A DNA stretch of 60,511 nucleotides, filler included, from a candidate division TA06 bacterium SM23_40 (GTDB lineage: Bacteria; LJUI01; SM1-40), in the NCBI GenBank assembly GCA_001303705.1. It is 5 parts of 5 records of this genome, joined end to end, with 100 filler letters (N's around TTAATTAATTAA, not from the genome) between each part and the next. Parts side by side here need not be neighbours in the genome. Positions count along the whole stretch, not along the records: positions 1 to 19,554 come from LJUI01000033.1; 4 more parts are not named here. One strand, written 5' to 3'. Numbering within the stretch: position 1 is the first letter of the stretch; each line of letters begins with the position of its first letter. Positions 1-11,116 of this stretch are shown piece by piece. Position numbers and translations under genes: made by a program. The notes under the pieces were generated by a model that saw only the letters and a program-made list of their open reading frames with translations, had not been told where the DNA came from and did no database searches.

Positions 1-1047
<1,047 letters not shown>

Positions 1048-1091
1048 CTATCGATCCCTATCCCATCTGATTATCTTAGATCGAGTACACA

Positions 1092-1120
1092 TCTGTAGCA
1101 GATTGAATCACAGGTGTCAA
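1092..1120 (-). promoter_or_regulatory. Putative sigma70 promoter of eno
   Basis: TTGACA-17 nt-TACAGA on the minus strand, about 60 nt upstream of the start. Confidence 0.5.
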
Positions 1121-1309
1121 CTCCAGATGGAACGAAGTGCGAACGCTCCTCCCGAACCGACGCGATCATACTTCACCCACTGTTCGCGTTCAACAGGAAT
1201 CTGCGCAAATCTTTGCCACTGGAGACTGGGGCGTGCGGCAGACTGAGCACGCTGTACGCCATCGTCGGCTCAGTCTACCGATAGCTATTGAGGTACCTCC
1301 AGAATGTGC

Positions 1310-1337
1310 TTGCAAACAGAGGACGCAATGGTATCAT
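1310..1337 (+). promoter_or_regulatory. Putative sigma70 promoter facing hflX
   Basis: TTGCAA-16 nt-TATCAT with extended -10 TG. Confidence 0.4.
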
Positions 1338-1463
1338 ACATGTAGCAGCGGGACACGGATATGCCGCGGCTACCGCTTGCCGTTCCGTGGGGCTGACGTC
1401 TGCAACCCCCTTGCGGCTACCGTCTGTGCCGCCGTTGCGCCTAGGGTCTGTGGCCCATTTCCG

Positions 1464-1655
1464 ACCATTGATGGTCTCATCGTGACTACTGTTGATGGTC
1501 CCATTGTGGCTACTGTCGACGGTCCCATCGTGGCTACTGTTGACGGCCCCATCGCGGCGACCGTTGAGGGTCCCGCTACGGCAACCGTTGATGGTCCCCT
1601 TGCGGCAACCGTTGATGGTTCTACCACGGCCATCGTCTACGGCGCCATTGTGGCT
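1464..1655. repeat. Eight degenerate 24-bp tandem repeats (TVDGPIVA on +, GPSTVATM on -)
   Basis: Units such as ACTGTTGATGGTCCCATTGTGGCT and ACTGTCGACGGTCCCATCGTGGCT with 24-nt period. Confidence 0.9.
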
Positions 1656-1863
1656 CCTGCATACATGTTGGTCGCGGCCACCGCTTCATGGATGCGCGCC
1701 GGCTCACTGCCGACCAGCTCATCCCATGTGGCCGCTTATTCACCGTCGCCTCTCTCGATACCGTGAGGCGGGCTGTCCATCCTTCCTCACGGCGGTCCGA
1801 CGTTCCTCAGGATCGCCCGTCCGGTCTGCAGTTCCCCGAGACCGCCCATGAGGTGCTCTATCG

Positions 1864-3174
1864 ATGCATCCTATCGAGACGACGACCCGCGCCGAGCGTG
1901 CGCTCCTCGTAGGCCTCGCTCTCTCCGACCGGGAGCGATGGGAGAAGATCGAATCGCTCGACGAGCTGGCACAACTCGCCGCGACGGCGGGAGCAGAAGT
2001 CGCCGAGAAAATCCTGCAGACGAGACGGAAGCCTGATCCCGCGTATCTGATCGGAAAGGGAAAAGTAGACGAGCTGGCGAAAGCGGCACAGGAGATCCCG
2101 GTCGATCTCCTGATTTTCGATGAGGAACTCTCCCCTGCCCAGGTACGGAACATCGAGAGCGTGACCGAGACGAGGGTCGTCGACCGTTCAGAGCTCATCA
2201 TGGACATCTTCGCCATTCACGCACGCTCCCGGGCAGCGAAGATACAGGTCGAACTGGCGCAGCTCAACTACCGGCTTCCGAGACTCGTAGGGAGAGGAGT
2301 TGAACTATCCCGCCTGGGCGGAGGGATCGGAACGCGGGGGCCGGGCGAGACGAAGTTGGAGGTTGACCGTCGCCGGATCCGCGCCCGCATCGCCCAGCTC
2401 AAGAGAGATCTCACATCGCTCGAGACGAGCCGTATGGTCCAGCGGCAGGGGCGCGGCGATGCATTCCGCGTCGCTCTCGCCGGGTACACGAACGCAGGCA
2501 AGTCCACCCTGATGAATGCCCTTTCCTCGGCAGGCGTTACCGTGGCGGACCAGCTCTTCGCCACGCTCGATGCGACGACCAGGCAGATCGATCTCGGCAC
2601 CCGCCGGGACATCCTGCTCACCGATACTGTCGGATTCATCCGCCATCTCCCGCACCACCTCGTGGCATCCTTCCACGCCACACTCGAGGAGACGATCGAG
2701 GCTGATCTCATCCTCCACGTCGTCGACGTGTCGCACACGGCCTACCGGCAGCAGATGGCAACAGTCGACGAGGTGCTGAGCGAGCTCGGCTGCATTGACA
2801 CATCGACCCTTGTGGTCTTCAACAAGATCGACCGACTCGAGGACCAGAGTTGTCTCGATCTGATCCGTTCCCGTTATCCCATGAGCGTCGCTGCGTCTGC
2901 ATTGACGGGCGTCGGCATCGAAACGGTAAAGGCACGGATCGTTGCCCTGGCCGAAGACATGGATAGAGAAGAGGTTCTCTTTCTCCCGCTCGATGCAACG
3001 AAGTTACTGGCTCAGGTCCACCGGGACGGGCGGATAATCGAGGAGATATTCGAAGATAGCCGCATCCAGGTGAGAGTGCGTATGGACCGCGCCAAACTCT
3101 CCAGGCTACAGCGCGAGATCGCAGACGCCTGGGCGCGGGCCCAGGACAGACCTGGGGCCGGGGAACAGGATTAA
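1864..3174 (+). CDS. hflX: GTPase HflX
   Basis: GGGIGTRGPGETKLEVDRR, GYTNAGKSTL, DQLFATLD, DTVGF and NKID motifs. Confidence 0.97.
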   Translation: MHPIETTTRAERALLVGLALSDRERWEKIESLDELAQLAATAGAEVAEKILQTRRKPDPAYLIGKGKVDELAKAAQEIPVDLLIFDEELSPAQVRNIESVTETRVVDRSELIMDIFAIHARSRAAKIQVELAQLNYRLPRLVGRGVELSRLGGGIGTRGPGETKLEVDRRRIRARIAQLKRDLTSLETSRMVQRQGRGDAFRVALAGYTNAGKSTLMNALSSAGVTVADQLFATLDATTRQIDLGTRRDILLTDTVGFIRHLPHHLVASFHATLEETIEADLILHVVDVSHTAYRQQMATVDEVLSELGCIDTSTLVVFNKIDRLEDQSCLDLIRSRYPMSVAASALTGVGIETVKARIVALAEDMDREEVLFLPLDATKLLAQVHRDGRIIEEIFEDSRIQVRVRMDRAKLSRLQREIADAWARAQDRPGAGEQD

Positions 3175-3357
3175 CGCCGCTCGCGGGGTAGGGGCGCCGG
3201 CGAAGCTCATGCGAGGATCGTCGTCCCGGACACGCATCCGCTCCTGCCGGGTGAGAACGGGATCCGTGCGAACCGCGCTCTATCCTGACCCCGGACAACC
3301 GGTTGCGGGCCACTCCCCCGATCACCCTGAAAAACTGAAATCTTACGTACATCCTGT

Positions 3358-3385
3358 GGAACCCTCAGGCGCGGCTGTTGTCTAA
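3358..3385 (+). promoter_or_regulatory. Putative ECF-sigma promoter of the alpha-2-macroglobulin gene
   Basis: GGAACC-16 nt-GTCTAA, matching the RpoE-type GGAAC...GTC consensus, 93 nt before the ATG. Confidence 0.5.
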
Positions 3386-3478
3386 CGAGAATGAAACGCC
3401 ACAGGTGGCTGGCGCGAGAGCCGGCTCTGAGTCCCAGAGCTCTCGGGTGCAGCCCCAGATACTCGGAGGTCTGATTCC

Positions 3479-6400
3479 ATGAGGATCACTGAAGTCCCCC
3501 TCACTGTGTTCTTGCTCGCCGTTCTCGTCTCTCTGTTCGCCGTCTCCGCCGGCCCGCTCGTCTCCGGCTCTCAGACTGAGCCCGGAGACGTAGAGGCATA
3601 CTGGCATAACGGCGACGTCACGGCGATAGTCCACCTCGCCTCACCTACAGGCAGCCGGCTCATTGGCCAGCTCACCTTGCAGGTGATCGATTTCGATGAT
3701 AACCCGATCGCGGAGGCGACTACGACCGCGGTCCTCCGCAGCCACACGCGGCGGTTCCGTCTCGTGTTACCGATCGACGAGGCGAGCGGTGATCCCTACT
3801 GGTATCGCCTGCGCTACGAGTTCAGGTCTGCCTCGTCGGTGATCACCAAGACCGTCTCTCTCTCCCAGTTCCTTCCGCAGCTCGAGACACACGTGCTCGG
3901 ACAGACTGATTTCGTTGCCGGGAGCCCCGCATCGATCCGCATCGTCACTCTCGACCACGGTACGCAGCAGGCGCTGAGCGACGCTGCGGTGACGATCGAT
4001 CTCGTGATCTCCGGGGACGAAGACCCGCGACGCCTGTTCAGCGGCCGCACCAACTCCGGGGGAACAGTAGACGCCTCGTTCTTCATACCGGACGTAGCAT
4101 CTGACGAGGCGAAGCTCGTCATCATCGCGGAGTCCGAGATCGGACGCGACGTCGTCGAGCGTCACGTCACGATCGGCCGTTCCAACCAGATACTCCTCGT
4201 CACCGACAAGCCTCTGTACCAGCCGGGCCAGTTGATTCATCTACGCGCCCTTGTCCTCCGTCGGCCCGACCGCGCGGCCGCCGCCGGCCTCCCGCTCACC
4301 CTCGAGATCGAGGACCCCAGGGGCAACAAGGTCTTCAAGGTCACCCAGACGACGAGCAAGTTCGGCATCGCGTCCGCTGACTTCCAGCTCGCAGACGAGA
4401 TCAACATGGGACCCTATCATGTCAGGGCCTTAATCGGCGATGATGTGAGCGAGAAGACGGTGACCGTCGAACGGTATGTTCTCCCGAAATTCGAGGTCGA
4501 GGTGACGACCGACAGGACTTACTATCTTCCCGGCCAGAAGCTTCAGGGCGACATTCAGGTAGACTACTTCTTCGGCAAGCCGGTCTCCGGTGGAAGGGTA
4601 GAGGTCGGCCTCGCGAAGTTCGACATCGGATTCGATGAGTTCGCCCGCATCACGGGGACAACAGACGACGAAGGCCACTTCCGTTTCGATACGGTCCTGC
4701 CCGACTACTTTGTCGGACAGCCGCTCGAAGAAGGCAAGGCGCTCATCAAGCTAGAGGTCCGCATCACCGACCAGGCCAACCATGAGGAGTCGAAGACCAT
4801 CACGCGGACCGTCGCTGCCCATCCGATCTCCGTCGTCATCATCCCGGAGAGTGGGGATCTCGTGCCCGGGGTGGAGAACATCGTCTACGTCCTCACGGCA
4901 TATCCCGATGGGACCCCGGCCGAGGCGCGGGTCACGCTCAGGATCGAGGGGACGGGGGCCGAGTTCTCTGCTGCTGCAGATGACCTGGGAATCGCTACGT
5001 TCACCGCCCCCCTCCGTCCCTCGGGCGGTGCGGCCGGTTCTGTGGACAACGTGAAGCTCGTCGCCACGGCCACTGACAGAAGCGGCAACAGAGGACAGGT
5101 CACACTCGAGTCCGAGTTCGACGAGGCACCGGACCATGTCCTCGTGCGCGCGGACCAGTCGCTGTACCGCGTCGGTGACCCCATAGAGGTGACTCTCCTC
5201 ACCACCACCGGGTCGGGCAGGGCGTACCTCGATCTTGTCAAAGAGGGCCAGACAGTCCTCACCCGATCCCTCGCCATCTCTGGTGGAAGGGGCCGTGTCT
5301 CGCTCGATCTCGACGAGACGATGAGCGGGACCCTGTGGCTCCACGCGTACATCATCTCGCGGACCGGCCACATGGTCCGCGACACACGGGTCGTGTACGT
5401 CAATCCGGCGAACGATCTCTCGATAGCGATTACGCCGGACCGCGACACATACCGGCCAGGGGAAGATGCACAGATCCTGTTCCAGGTGACCGATGGGAAT
5501 GGGCAGCCAGTGCTCTCCGCCCTCGGCATCTCGATCGTCGATGAGAGCGTCTTCGCCCTGCAGGAGCTCCAGCCGGGCCTGGAGAAGGTCTACTTCACGC
5601 TCGAAGAAGAGATCATGAAACCTCGCTATGAGATCCACGCGTTCACCCCACGGGATCTAGTCCGGTGGCCCGTCGACCAGCCCCCGCCGGGACACAAAGA
5701 CAAGGCGGCGGCGGTGCTCTTCGCCACGGCGGCGGAGCCTCCGACCACCTACTCCCTTGCAGTCAATACATTCACGGAGCGCCAGGAGCGCCTGCGCGAG
5801 CTGGCAGAGGAACGTCTGCGGCGCGATGCGGCGCGGCTCTCAGAGAGTCTCCAGGAGTTCGTGCGGCGGCGCCAGCGCGCCATTACCAGGAAAGAGGGAC
5901 TGGAGGCCGCAGTGCGCGCAGGACACCTGCGCCAGGACGAGATACTCGATCCCTGGGGGAACCCGTACCGCCTGCTGCGCGACTACAGCGGATGGAACCT
6001 CGAGCTCATGAGCGCAGGGCCGGATGGGGTCGAAGAGACCGCCGACGATCTTACCTGGTCCGAGCAGATGTTGCTCTTCGAGGGCGAGCGTATGGACATG
6101 GCCAACCTCCGGGCGGGGGTCGGCGGCTTCGGAATGCCGTTCGACAAGAAGGAACTCGATGTCCTCGCCAGCGTGTCGGAGGAGATCCCCGCGCCGGCCG
6201 GGGCGCCCGACGCGACAGGCGTGGCAGAGCCGCGGATCAGGCGGTACTTCCCGGAGACCCTGTGGTGGCAGCCCCAGCTCATCACCGACCGACATGGGCG
6301 GGCCACCCTGGATATCAAGATGGCCGACTCGATCACCCGCTGGAGGCTCACCTCGATGGCGTCCTCAGCCAGCGGGATGCTCGGGAGCCAGACGACCGGC

Positions 6401-8359
6401 ATCATCGCGTTCCAGGACTTCTTCGTCGACCTCGACCTGCCGGTGAGTCTCACAGAGAAGGATATCGTCTCGATTCCGGTGGCGATCTATAACTACCTGG
6501 AAACGACTCAGGATGTCGGGCTCGAGCTCCAGCCCGATGACTGGTATGAGCTCGACGGAGATCGGACGATCCGTCTCACCCTCGATCCGAACGAGGTGAC
6601 GGTCGCCTACTATAGGATCAAGGCAATGGAGATCGGACTCCACGAGATCACTGTCAAGGCCTACGGAAGCGAGATGAGCGATGCCATCGCGCGCAAGGTC
6701 GAGGTGGTGCCCGACGGGCAGGAGCAGTGGATCTCGGCGAGCGAGCGCCTGGACGCGAGGGCGGTTCAGACACTCCACATCCCGCAAGCAGCGATCGATG
6801 GCGCATCGCGCATCCTGGCGAGAATCTACCCCGGCATCTTCAGTCAGATCGTCGAGGGCCTCGATTCCATGCTCCAGGTTCCATTCGGCTGCTTCGAGCA
6901 GACCTCTTCGGTCACGTACCCCAACATACTCGTACTCCACTACATGCGCGAGACCGACCAGATCACGCCGGAGATCGAGATGAAGGCAGAGCAGTACATC
7001 AATCTGGGGTACCAGAGGCTGTTGAGTTTCGAGGTACCGGGCGGCGGATTCGAGTGGTTCGGAAACGCCCCCGCAAGCAAGATCCTCAGCGCCTATGGCC
7101 TGATGGAATTCCAGGACATGAGCGAGGTGTATGAGATCGACCAAGAAATCATCACCCGCACCAGACGCTGGCTCATCGCGCAGCAGAACGGTGATGGGTC
7201 GTGGTCGCCGGATGCGAGCTACCTCCACGCGGAGAGCTGGGGGCGTATCCAGAACTCCAACCTCCTCCCCACCGCCTATATCCTCTGGGCTCTCTTGGAG
7301 ACCGACTACCAGGGGGAGGAGACATCGCGCGCTCTCTCCTATCTCCGGGCCCACCTCGACGAGGCGGAGGGCCCGTACACGCTGGCCATCGCGGCCAATG
7401 CCCTTGTCGCCGCCGATCGCAACCATGCCTCGACGCGGAAGGCCTTCGATGACCTGCTCGCCCTCGCCATTGTGGAGGGTGACGCCATGCACTGGGAGTC
7501 GGAGATCCCCTCGTTCACGCATGCGCGCGACAAGAGCGCCGATATCGAGACGACCGCCCTCGCCGCCTATGCGCTCATCCGCTACGGCAAGCGGGCGGAC
7601 GCGACGTCTCAGGTCCTCAACTACCTCATCGAGAGCAAGGATCCATATGGACGCTGGTACACGACTCAGGGTACGATACTCGCCCTGAGGGCACTCCTCG
7701 CATCCCTCGGCACAACGGCAGAGAGCACCGATGCGACCGTAACGATCACTATCAATGGCGAGAAGGCGGAGACGATCGAGATCACGCCCGAGACGAGCGA
7801 CGTGATGCGTCTCGTCGACCTCGGCCGCTTCACACAGGAGGGAGCAAACACGATCGAGCTCACGTTCGATGGCGAGGGAAGCGCTCTGTACGAGCTCGCC
7901 GCCAAGTACTTCGTCCCGTGGCGCCTCGTGCCGCTCCCGAGAGAAGGGTTGCTCGCGATCGACGTCGAGTATGACAAGCGCGAACTGGAAATGAACGATA
8001 CCGTCGTCTCACACGTGCGCGTCGAGACCCGCCGTCCGGGGCGAGCCGAGATGGTCATCGTCGACCTCGGCATCCCGCCCGGATTCTCGGTCGAGACCGC
8101 CGACCTGACAGAACTCGTCGACAACGGGACGATCCAGAAGTACAGCCTGACCGGCCGTCAGATCATCATCTACCTGGACAAGATCGAGTCCGGCAAGCCC
8201 GTCGAGTTCGATTACCGGCTGAGGGCGACGATGCCGGTCGTCGCCAGTTCGGGCGTCTCCCGCGTCTATGAGTACTACAACACAGATGTGGAGGCGATCT
8301 CACAGCCAGTGGAGATGGTCGTAGGCGAGCATCAGGCCGAGGACAACAACGAGGGTTGA
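3479..8359 (+). CDS. Bacterial alpha-2-macroglobulin (MG2 domains, thioester domain) with a GspG/T2SSG-like insert
   Basis: Signal peptide; TDKPLYQPG, RRYFPETLWW, ADSITRW, thioester PFGCFEQ (6887-6901), GGFEWF, WYTTQGT, YEYY. Confidence 0.95.
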   Translation: MRITEVPLTVFLLAVLVSLFAVSAGPLVSGSQTEPGDVEAYWHNGDVTAIVHLASPTGSRLIGQLTLQVIDFDDNPIAEATTTAVLRSHTRRFRLVLPIDEASGDPYWYRLRYEFRSASSVITKTVSLSQFLPQLETHVLGQTDFVAGSPASIRIVTLDHGTQQALSDAAVTIDLVISGDEDPRRLFSGRTNSGGTVDASFFIPDVASDEAKLVIIAESEIGRDVVERHVTIGRSNQILLVTDKPLYQPGQLIHLRALVLRRPDRAAAAGLPLTLEIEDPRGNKVFKVTQTTSKFGIASADFQLADEINMGPYHVRALIGDDVSEKTVTVERYVLPKFEVEVTTDRTYYLPGQKLQGDIQVDYFFGKPVSGGRVEVGLAKFDIGFDEFARITGTTDDEGHFRFDTVLPDYFVGQPLEEGKALIKLEVRITDQANHEESKTITRTVAAHPISVVIIPESGDLVPGVENIVYVLTAYPDGTPAEARVTLRIEGTGAEFSAAADDLGIATFTAPLRPSGGAAGSVDNVKLVATATDRSGNRGQVTLESEFDEAPDHVLVRADQSLYRVGDPIEVTLLTTTGSGRAYLDLVKEGQTVLTRSLAISGGRGRVSLDLDETMSGTLWLHAYIISRTGHMVRDTRVVYVNPANDLSIAITPDRDTYRPGEDAQILFQVTDGNGQPVLSALGISIVDESVFALQELQPGLEKVYFTLEEEIMKPRYEIHAFTPRDLVRWPVDQPPPGHKDKAAAVLFATAAEPPTTYSLAVNTFTERQERLRELAEERLRRDAARLSESLQEFVRRRQRAITRKEGLEAAVRAGHLRQDEILDPWGNPYRLLRDYSGWNLELMSAGPDGVEETADDLTWSEQMLLFEGERMDMANLRAGVGGFGMPFDKKELDVLASVSEEIPAPAGAPDATGVAEPRIRRYFPETLWWQPQLITDRHGRATLDIKMADSITRWRLTSMASSASGMLGSQTTGIIAFQDFFVDLDLPVSLTEKDIVSIPVAIYNYLETTQDVGLELQPDDWYELDGDRTIRLTLDPNEVTVAYYRIKAMEIGLHEITVKAYGSEMSDAIARKVEVVPDGQEQWISASERLDARAVQTLHIPQAAIDGASRILARIYPGIFSQIVEGLDSMLQVPFGCFEQTSSVTYPNILVLHYMRETDQITPEIEMKAEQYINLGYQRLLSFEVPGGGFEWFGNAPASKILSAYGLMEFQDMSEVYEIDQEIITRTRRWLIAQQNGDGSWSPDASYLHAESWGRIQNSNLLPTAYILWALLETDYQGEETSRALSYLRAHLDEAEGPYTLAIAANALVAADRNHASTRKAFDDLLALAIVEGDAMHWESEIPSFTHARDKSADIETTALAAYALIRYGKRADATSQVLNYLIESKDPYGRWYTTQGTILALRALLASLGTTAESTDATVTITINGEKAETIEITPETSDVMRLVDLGRFTQEGANTIELTFDGEGSALYELAAKYFVPWRLVPLPREGLLAIDVEYDKRELEMNDTVVSHVRVETRRPGRAEMVIVDLGIPPGFSVETADLTELVDNGTIQKYSLTGRQIIIYLDKIESGKPVEFDYRLRATMPVVASSGVSRVYEYYNTDVEAISQPVEMVVGEHQAEDNNEG

Positions 8360-8508
8360 TAGAAAACGGTCACTGTGCTAGAATCTCCGCACCTGACCCG
8401 GTGGTCAGGTGCGGAGCCTTTTTGCGAGACATACCTGTCGTCGCGGTCATATCCGGACAGGACCTGGATGGGCCGGACCGCCGCACACGCAGAGGACAGA
8501 CTGCTCAC

Positions 8509-9531
8509 ATGGGAACGAGCGTCGCCATCATCGGCGCGGGACGGGTAGGCACGGCACTCGGAGTCCTCCTGAGCCAGGAAGGATATCGCCTGACGGGCGT
8601 CGCCGACATCGATCTGGTGCACGCTGAGGCCTGCGCCCGGCTCATCCTGAGCGAGGCGAGTGAGCAAGACCTCGCCGGGTTTGTCAGCACCGGCCCGTGC
8701 CAGTTCGTGGGCGATGCCGACATCGTCTTCATCACTACTCCCGACCGCGAAATCCCCCATGTCGCCCGTCTACTGGCCGAGTGCGCGAGGGGCAAGGAAC
8801 AACCGCTCCGCGCGGGCGCGACTCTCTGTCATACGAGCGGCGCCCTTCCTTCTACTATCCTCAAAGTCGAAGGCCTTGAACACGTCTCAGTCCTCTCCCT
8901 CCACCCGCTTCAGACCTTCCCTGATCGGGAGACGGCCCCGAGGCTACTCGCGGGTGCCATCTTCGTGCTCGAGGGCGATCCTGATGCGGTCGCGGTGGGA
9001 GAGCGCCTGGTGCAGGATCTAGCAGGGAGGGCGGTGACGATCGAGGCGCGCCACAAGACGATCTATCACGCCGCCGCCTGCACAGCCTCCAATTATCTGG
9101 TGACGCTCCTCCACTTGGCGGGCCGGCTCCTCAGCAGGGCAGGTGTCGATTGGGACGACGCGCTCGACATGCTCCTCCCTCTGGCACGGACCACGCTCGA
9201 CAATGTCGCTTCCCTCGGCACACACAGTGCGCTCACCGGGCCCATCGAACGGGGAGACATCGCCACTCTCGAGTCCCACCTCGGCGCTCTCAGACGAGGG
9301 CCCGACCCGGACCTCCAGGCAGTCTATGCGATCCTCGGACTGTCAGCCGCAGCGCTGGCATCGGAAAAGGGAAGCATCTCTCCCGAACAACGGGGCCGCA
9401 TCGAAGAGCTCCTCAGCGCTGCCCTCTCCACGTCCCTGCGCGCCACCGGGAGAGGCACGTCCGGGAAGGGCGGGCCTCCTCCTTCCGACGCCGCGGAGCC
9501 CCGAGACCCTACGTCAGAGCGCGAGGAGTGA
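8509..9531 (+). CDS. Rossmann-like/DUF2520 oxidoreductase (PanG-type ketopantoate reductase-like)
   Basis: IIGAGRVG, HTSGA, LHPLQTF, YHAAACTASNY, LTGPIERGD motifs. Confidence 0.88.
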   Translation: MGTSVAIIGAGRVGTALGVLLSQEGYRLTGVADIDLVHAEACARLILSEASEQDLAGFVSTGPCQFVGDADIVFITTPDREIPHVARLLAECARGKEQPLRAGATLCHTSGALPSTILKVEGLEHVSVLSLHPLQTFPDRETAPRLLAGAIFVLEGDPDAVAVGERLVQDLAGRAVTIEARHKTIYHAAACTASNYLVTLLHLAGRLLSRAGVDWDDALDMLLPLARTTLDNVASLGTHSALTGPIERGDIATLESHLGALRRGPDPDLQAVYAILGLSAAALASEKGSISPEQRGRIEELLSAALSTSLRATGRGTSGKGGPPPSDAAEPRDPTSEREE

Positions 9532-9536
9532 AGCGA

Positions 9537-10430
9537 GTGCGTGCGCAGACGAGATGCCTCCAATGCTTCATTGACGATATCGGAGATGCCGCCCAACTCC
9601 TCATCGGCGACGAGGGCCGCAGAAGGGAGTTCATGCAGCGGGTCAGAGACTATCTGGCTGCCGAGTTCGATACCGCCCGCATACCGTCACATTTCATCAC
9701 CCATCTCCACCGGCTGCTCAAGCGCGAGACAGGCATCGAGGTCCCGTTCGCAGACCGCCGACGACGAGCGAATGAGGCCGGGATGAACCTCGCCCGCGAG
9801 ATCGCCCGCCGTTCGCAGGACCTCGAGCCCGAAGAACGCCTCGCCTTCCTCATCCGCTGGGCGACAGCGGCCAACGCCCTCGATTTCAGGACCGCGGGAG
9901 CAGGATATCGGTTCGACATAAGCGAGCTGGCCGCACGACTCGAGAGCACGTTTGCCGAGACGCCAGCGGCCGACGATACCGACCAAGTTCTCGACGCTCT
10001 CGACGCGGCATCCTCGGTGCTGTACATACTCGACAATGTGGGAGAGATCGCGCTCGATCTCCTCCTCATCGAGGAGCTCGGCCGGCGCGGCACACGCGTT
10101 ACAGCCGGAGTTCGAGGGGGGCCGATCACCAGCGACGTGACCATGGAAGATGCCCGCGCCGTCGGCCTTCAGAACCTGGCTGATGAGCTCATTCTCACCG
10201 GTCCCGACACACTCGGCATCTCACCCGAGGAGATGTCGGACGAATTGATCCAAGCTCTTGAAACTCATGATGTTACACTCTCGAAGGGGCAGGCCAACTA
10301 CTACGCGTTCTCCGAGAGCCGGCCCGACCTGCCCGCTGGCCGGACGGTGTGCCTGTTCACGACGAAATGCGAGGTGGTGGGCGAGCAGTTCGGGGTGAGG
10401 GATAAGTCTAGTATTATCAAGCTGTTATAG
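9537..10430 (+). CDS. DUF89/ARMT1-like damage-control phosphatase
   Basis: N-terminal CxxC (CLQC), ANALD, LDNVGE, GPITSD, KGQANY, TKC; GTG start after GAGGAG. Confidence 0.85.
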   Translation: MRAQTRCLQCFIDDIGDAAQLLIGDEGRRREFMQRVRDYLAAEFDTARIPSHFITHLHRLLKRETGIEVPFADRRRRANEAGMNLAREIARRSQDLEPEERLAFLIRWATAANALDFRTAGAGYRFDISELAARLESTFAETPAADDTDQVLDALDAASSVLYILDNVGEIALDLLLIEELGRRGTRVTAGVRGGPITSDVTMEDARAVGLQNLADELILTGPDTLGISPEEMSDELIQALETHDVTLSKGQANYYAFSESRPDLPAGRTVCLFTTKCEVVGEQFGVRDKSSIIKLL

Positions 10431-10435
10431 AACAA

Positions 10436-10461
10436 CGCAACATATCCCTCACAAATCCGTA
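10436..10461 (+). promoter_or_regulatory. Putative autoregulatory ECF promoter (SigW-type)
   Basis: CGCAAC-16 nt-CGTA just upstream of the ECF sigma gene; the SigW consensus is TGAAAC-N16-CGTA. Confidence 0.5.
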
Positions 10462-10492
10462 ATATGAACTGGACCGCCTATGAGGGTGATCA

Positions 10493-11071
10493 TTGGAACA
10501 GACTGACGCGGAATTGGTGAACGCCGCCCGGGGCGGCGACGAGCAGGCGATCCGAGACCTCCTGGGGAGGTACAGAACAGCGGTCTTCAATCTCGCCTTT
10601 CGCATTTTGAGGAACGAAGAAGATGCCACCGACGCTGCCCAAGAGACATTCATCAGAGTGTTCCGTGCGCTCGACCGGTTCGACGAGCGTCAGCGATTCA
10701 AGCCGTGGATATTACGCATCGCTTCCAACTACTGTATCGACCAGATTCGCAAACGTGATTGGAGAACAGTCTCGTTCGACACGCCGATCGAGACCGAAGA
10801 TGGCACGCTCGAGATGGAGTTAGCAGGCCCGGGACCTCAGCCGGACGAGGTGCTGGAGAGGAAGGAGCAACGGATGGTCATCGAACAAGCGATCGACTCT
10901 CTGCCGCCAGACTATCGCATGGCCATCGTGCTCCGGCACACAGAAGGTCTCTCCTACGAAGAGATCGCCGACGTCCTGGGTGTGCCGCTGGGAACGGTGA
11001 AAGCGAGAATACATCGAGCGCGCTCCGCGCTCCAGAAGAAGCTCGCTCCGTTTCTCGAGAGTCACCTGTAA
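10493..11071 (+). CDS. ECF RNA polymerase sigma factor (SigW/RpoE-like)
   Basis: DAAQETFIRVF, WILRIASNYCID, GLSYEEIADVLGVPLGTVKARIHRAR. Confidence 0.95.
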   Translation: MEQTDAELVNAARGGDEQAIRDLLGRYRTAVFNLAFRILRNEEDATDAAQETFIRVFRALDRFDERQRFKPWILRIASNYCIDQIRKRDWRTVSFDTPIETEDGTLEMELAGPGPQPDEVLERKEQRMVIEQAIDSLPPDYRMAIVLRHTEGLSYEEIADVLGVPLGTVKARIHRARSALQKKLAPFLESHL

Positions 11072-11116
11072 GGTGCGTCTAACCGGCCGTACCTGGCAGG
11101 CCAGAGGAGCTTGACC

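Noticed and set aside
1464-1655. Possible CRISPR array
   Set aside because: Repeats are contiguous and degenerate with no unique spacers; no cas genes in the window
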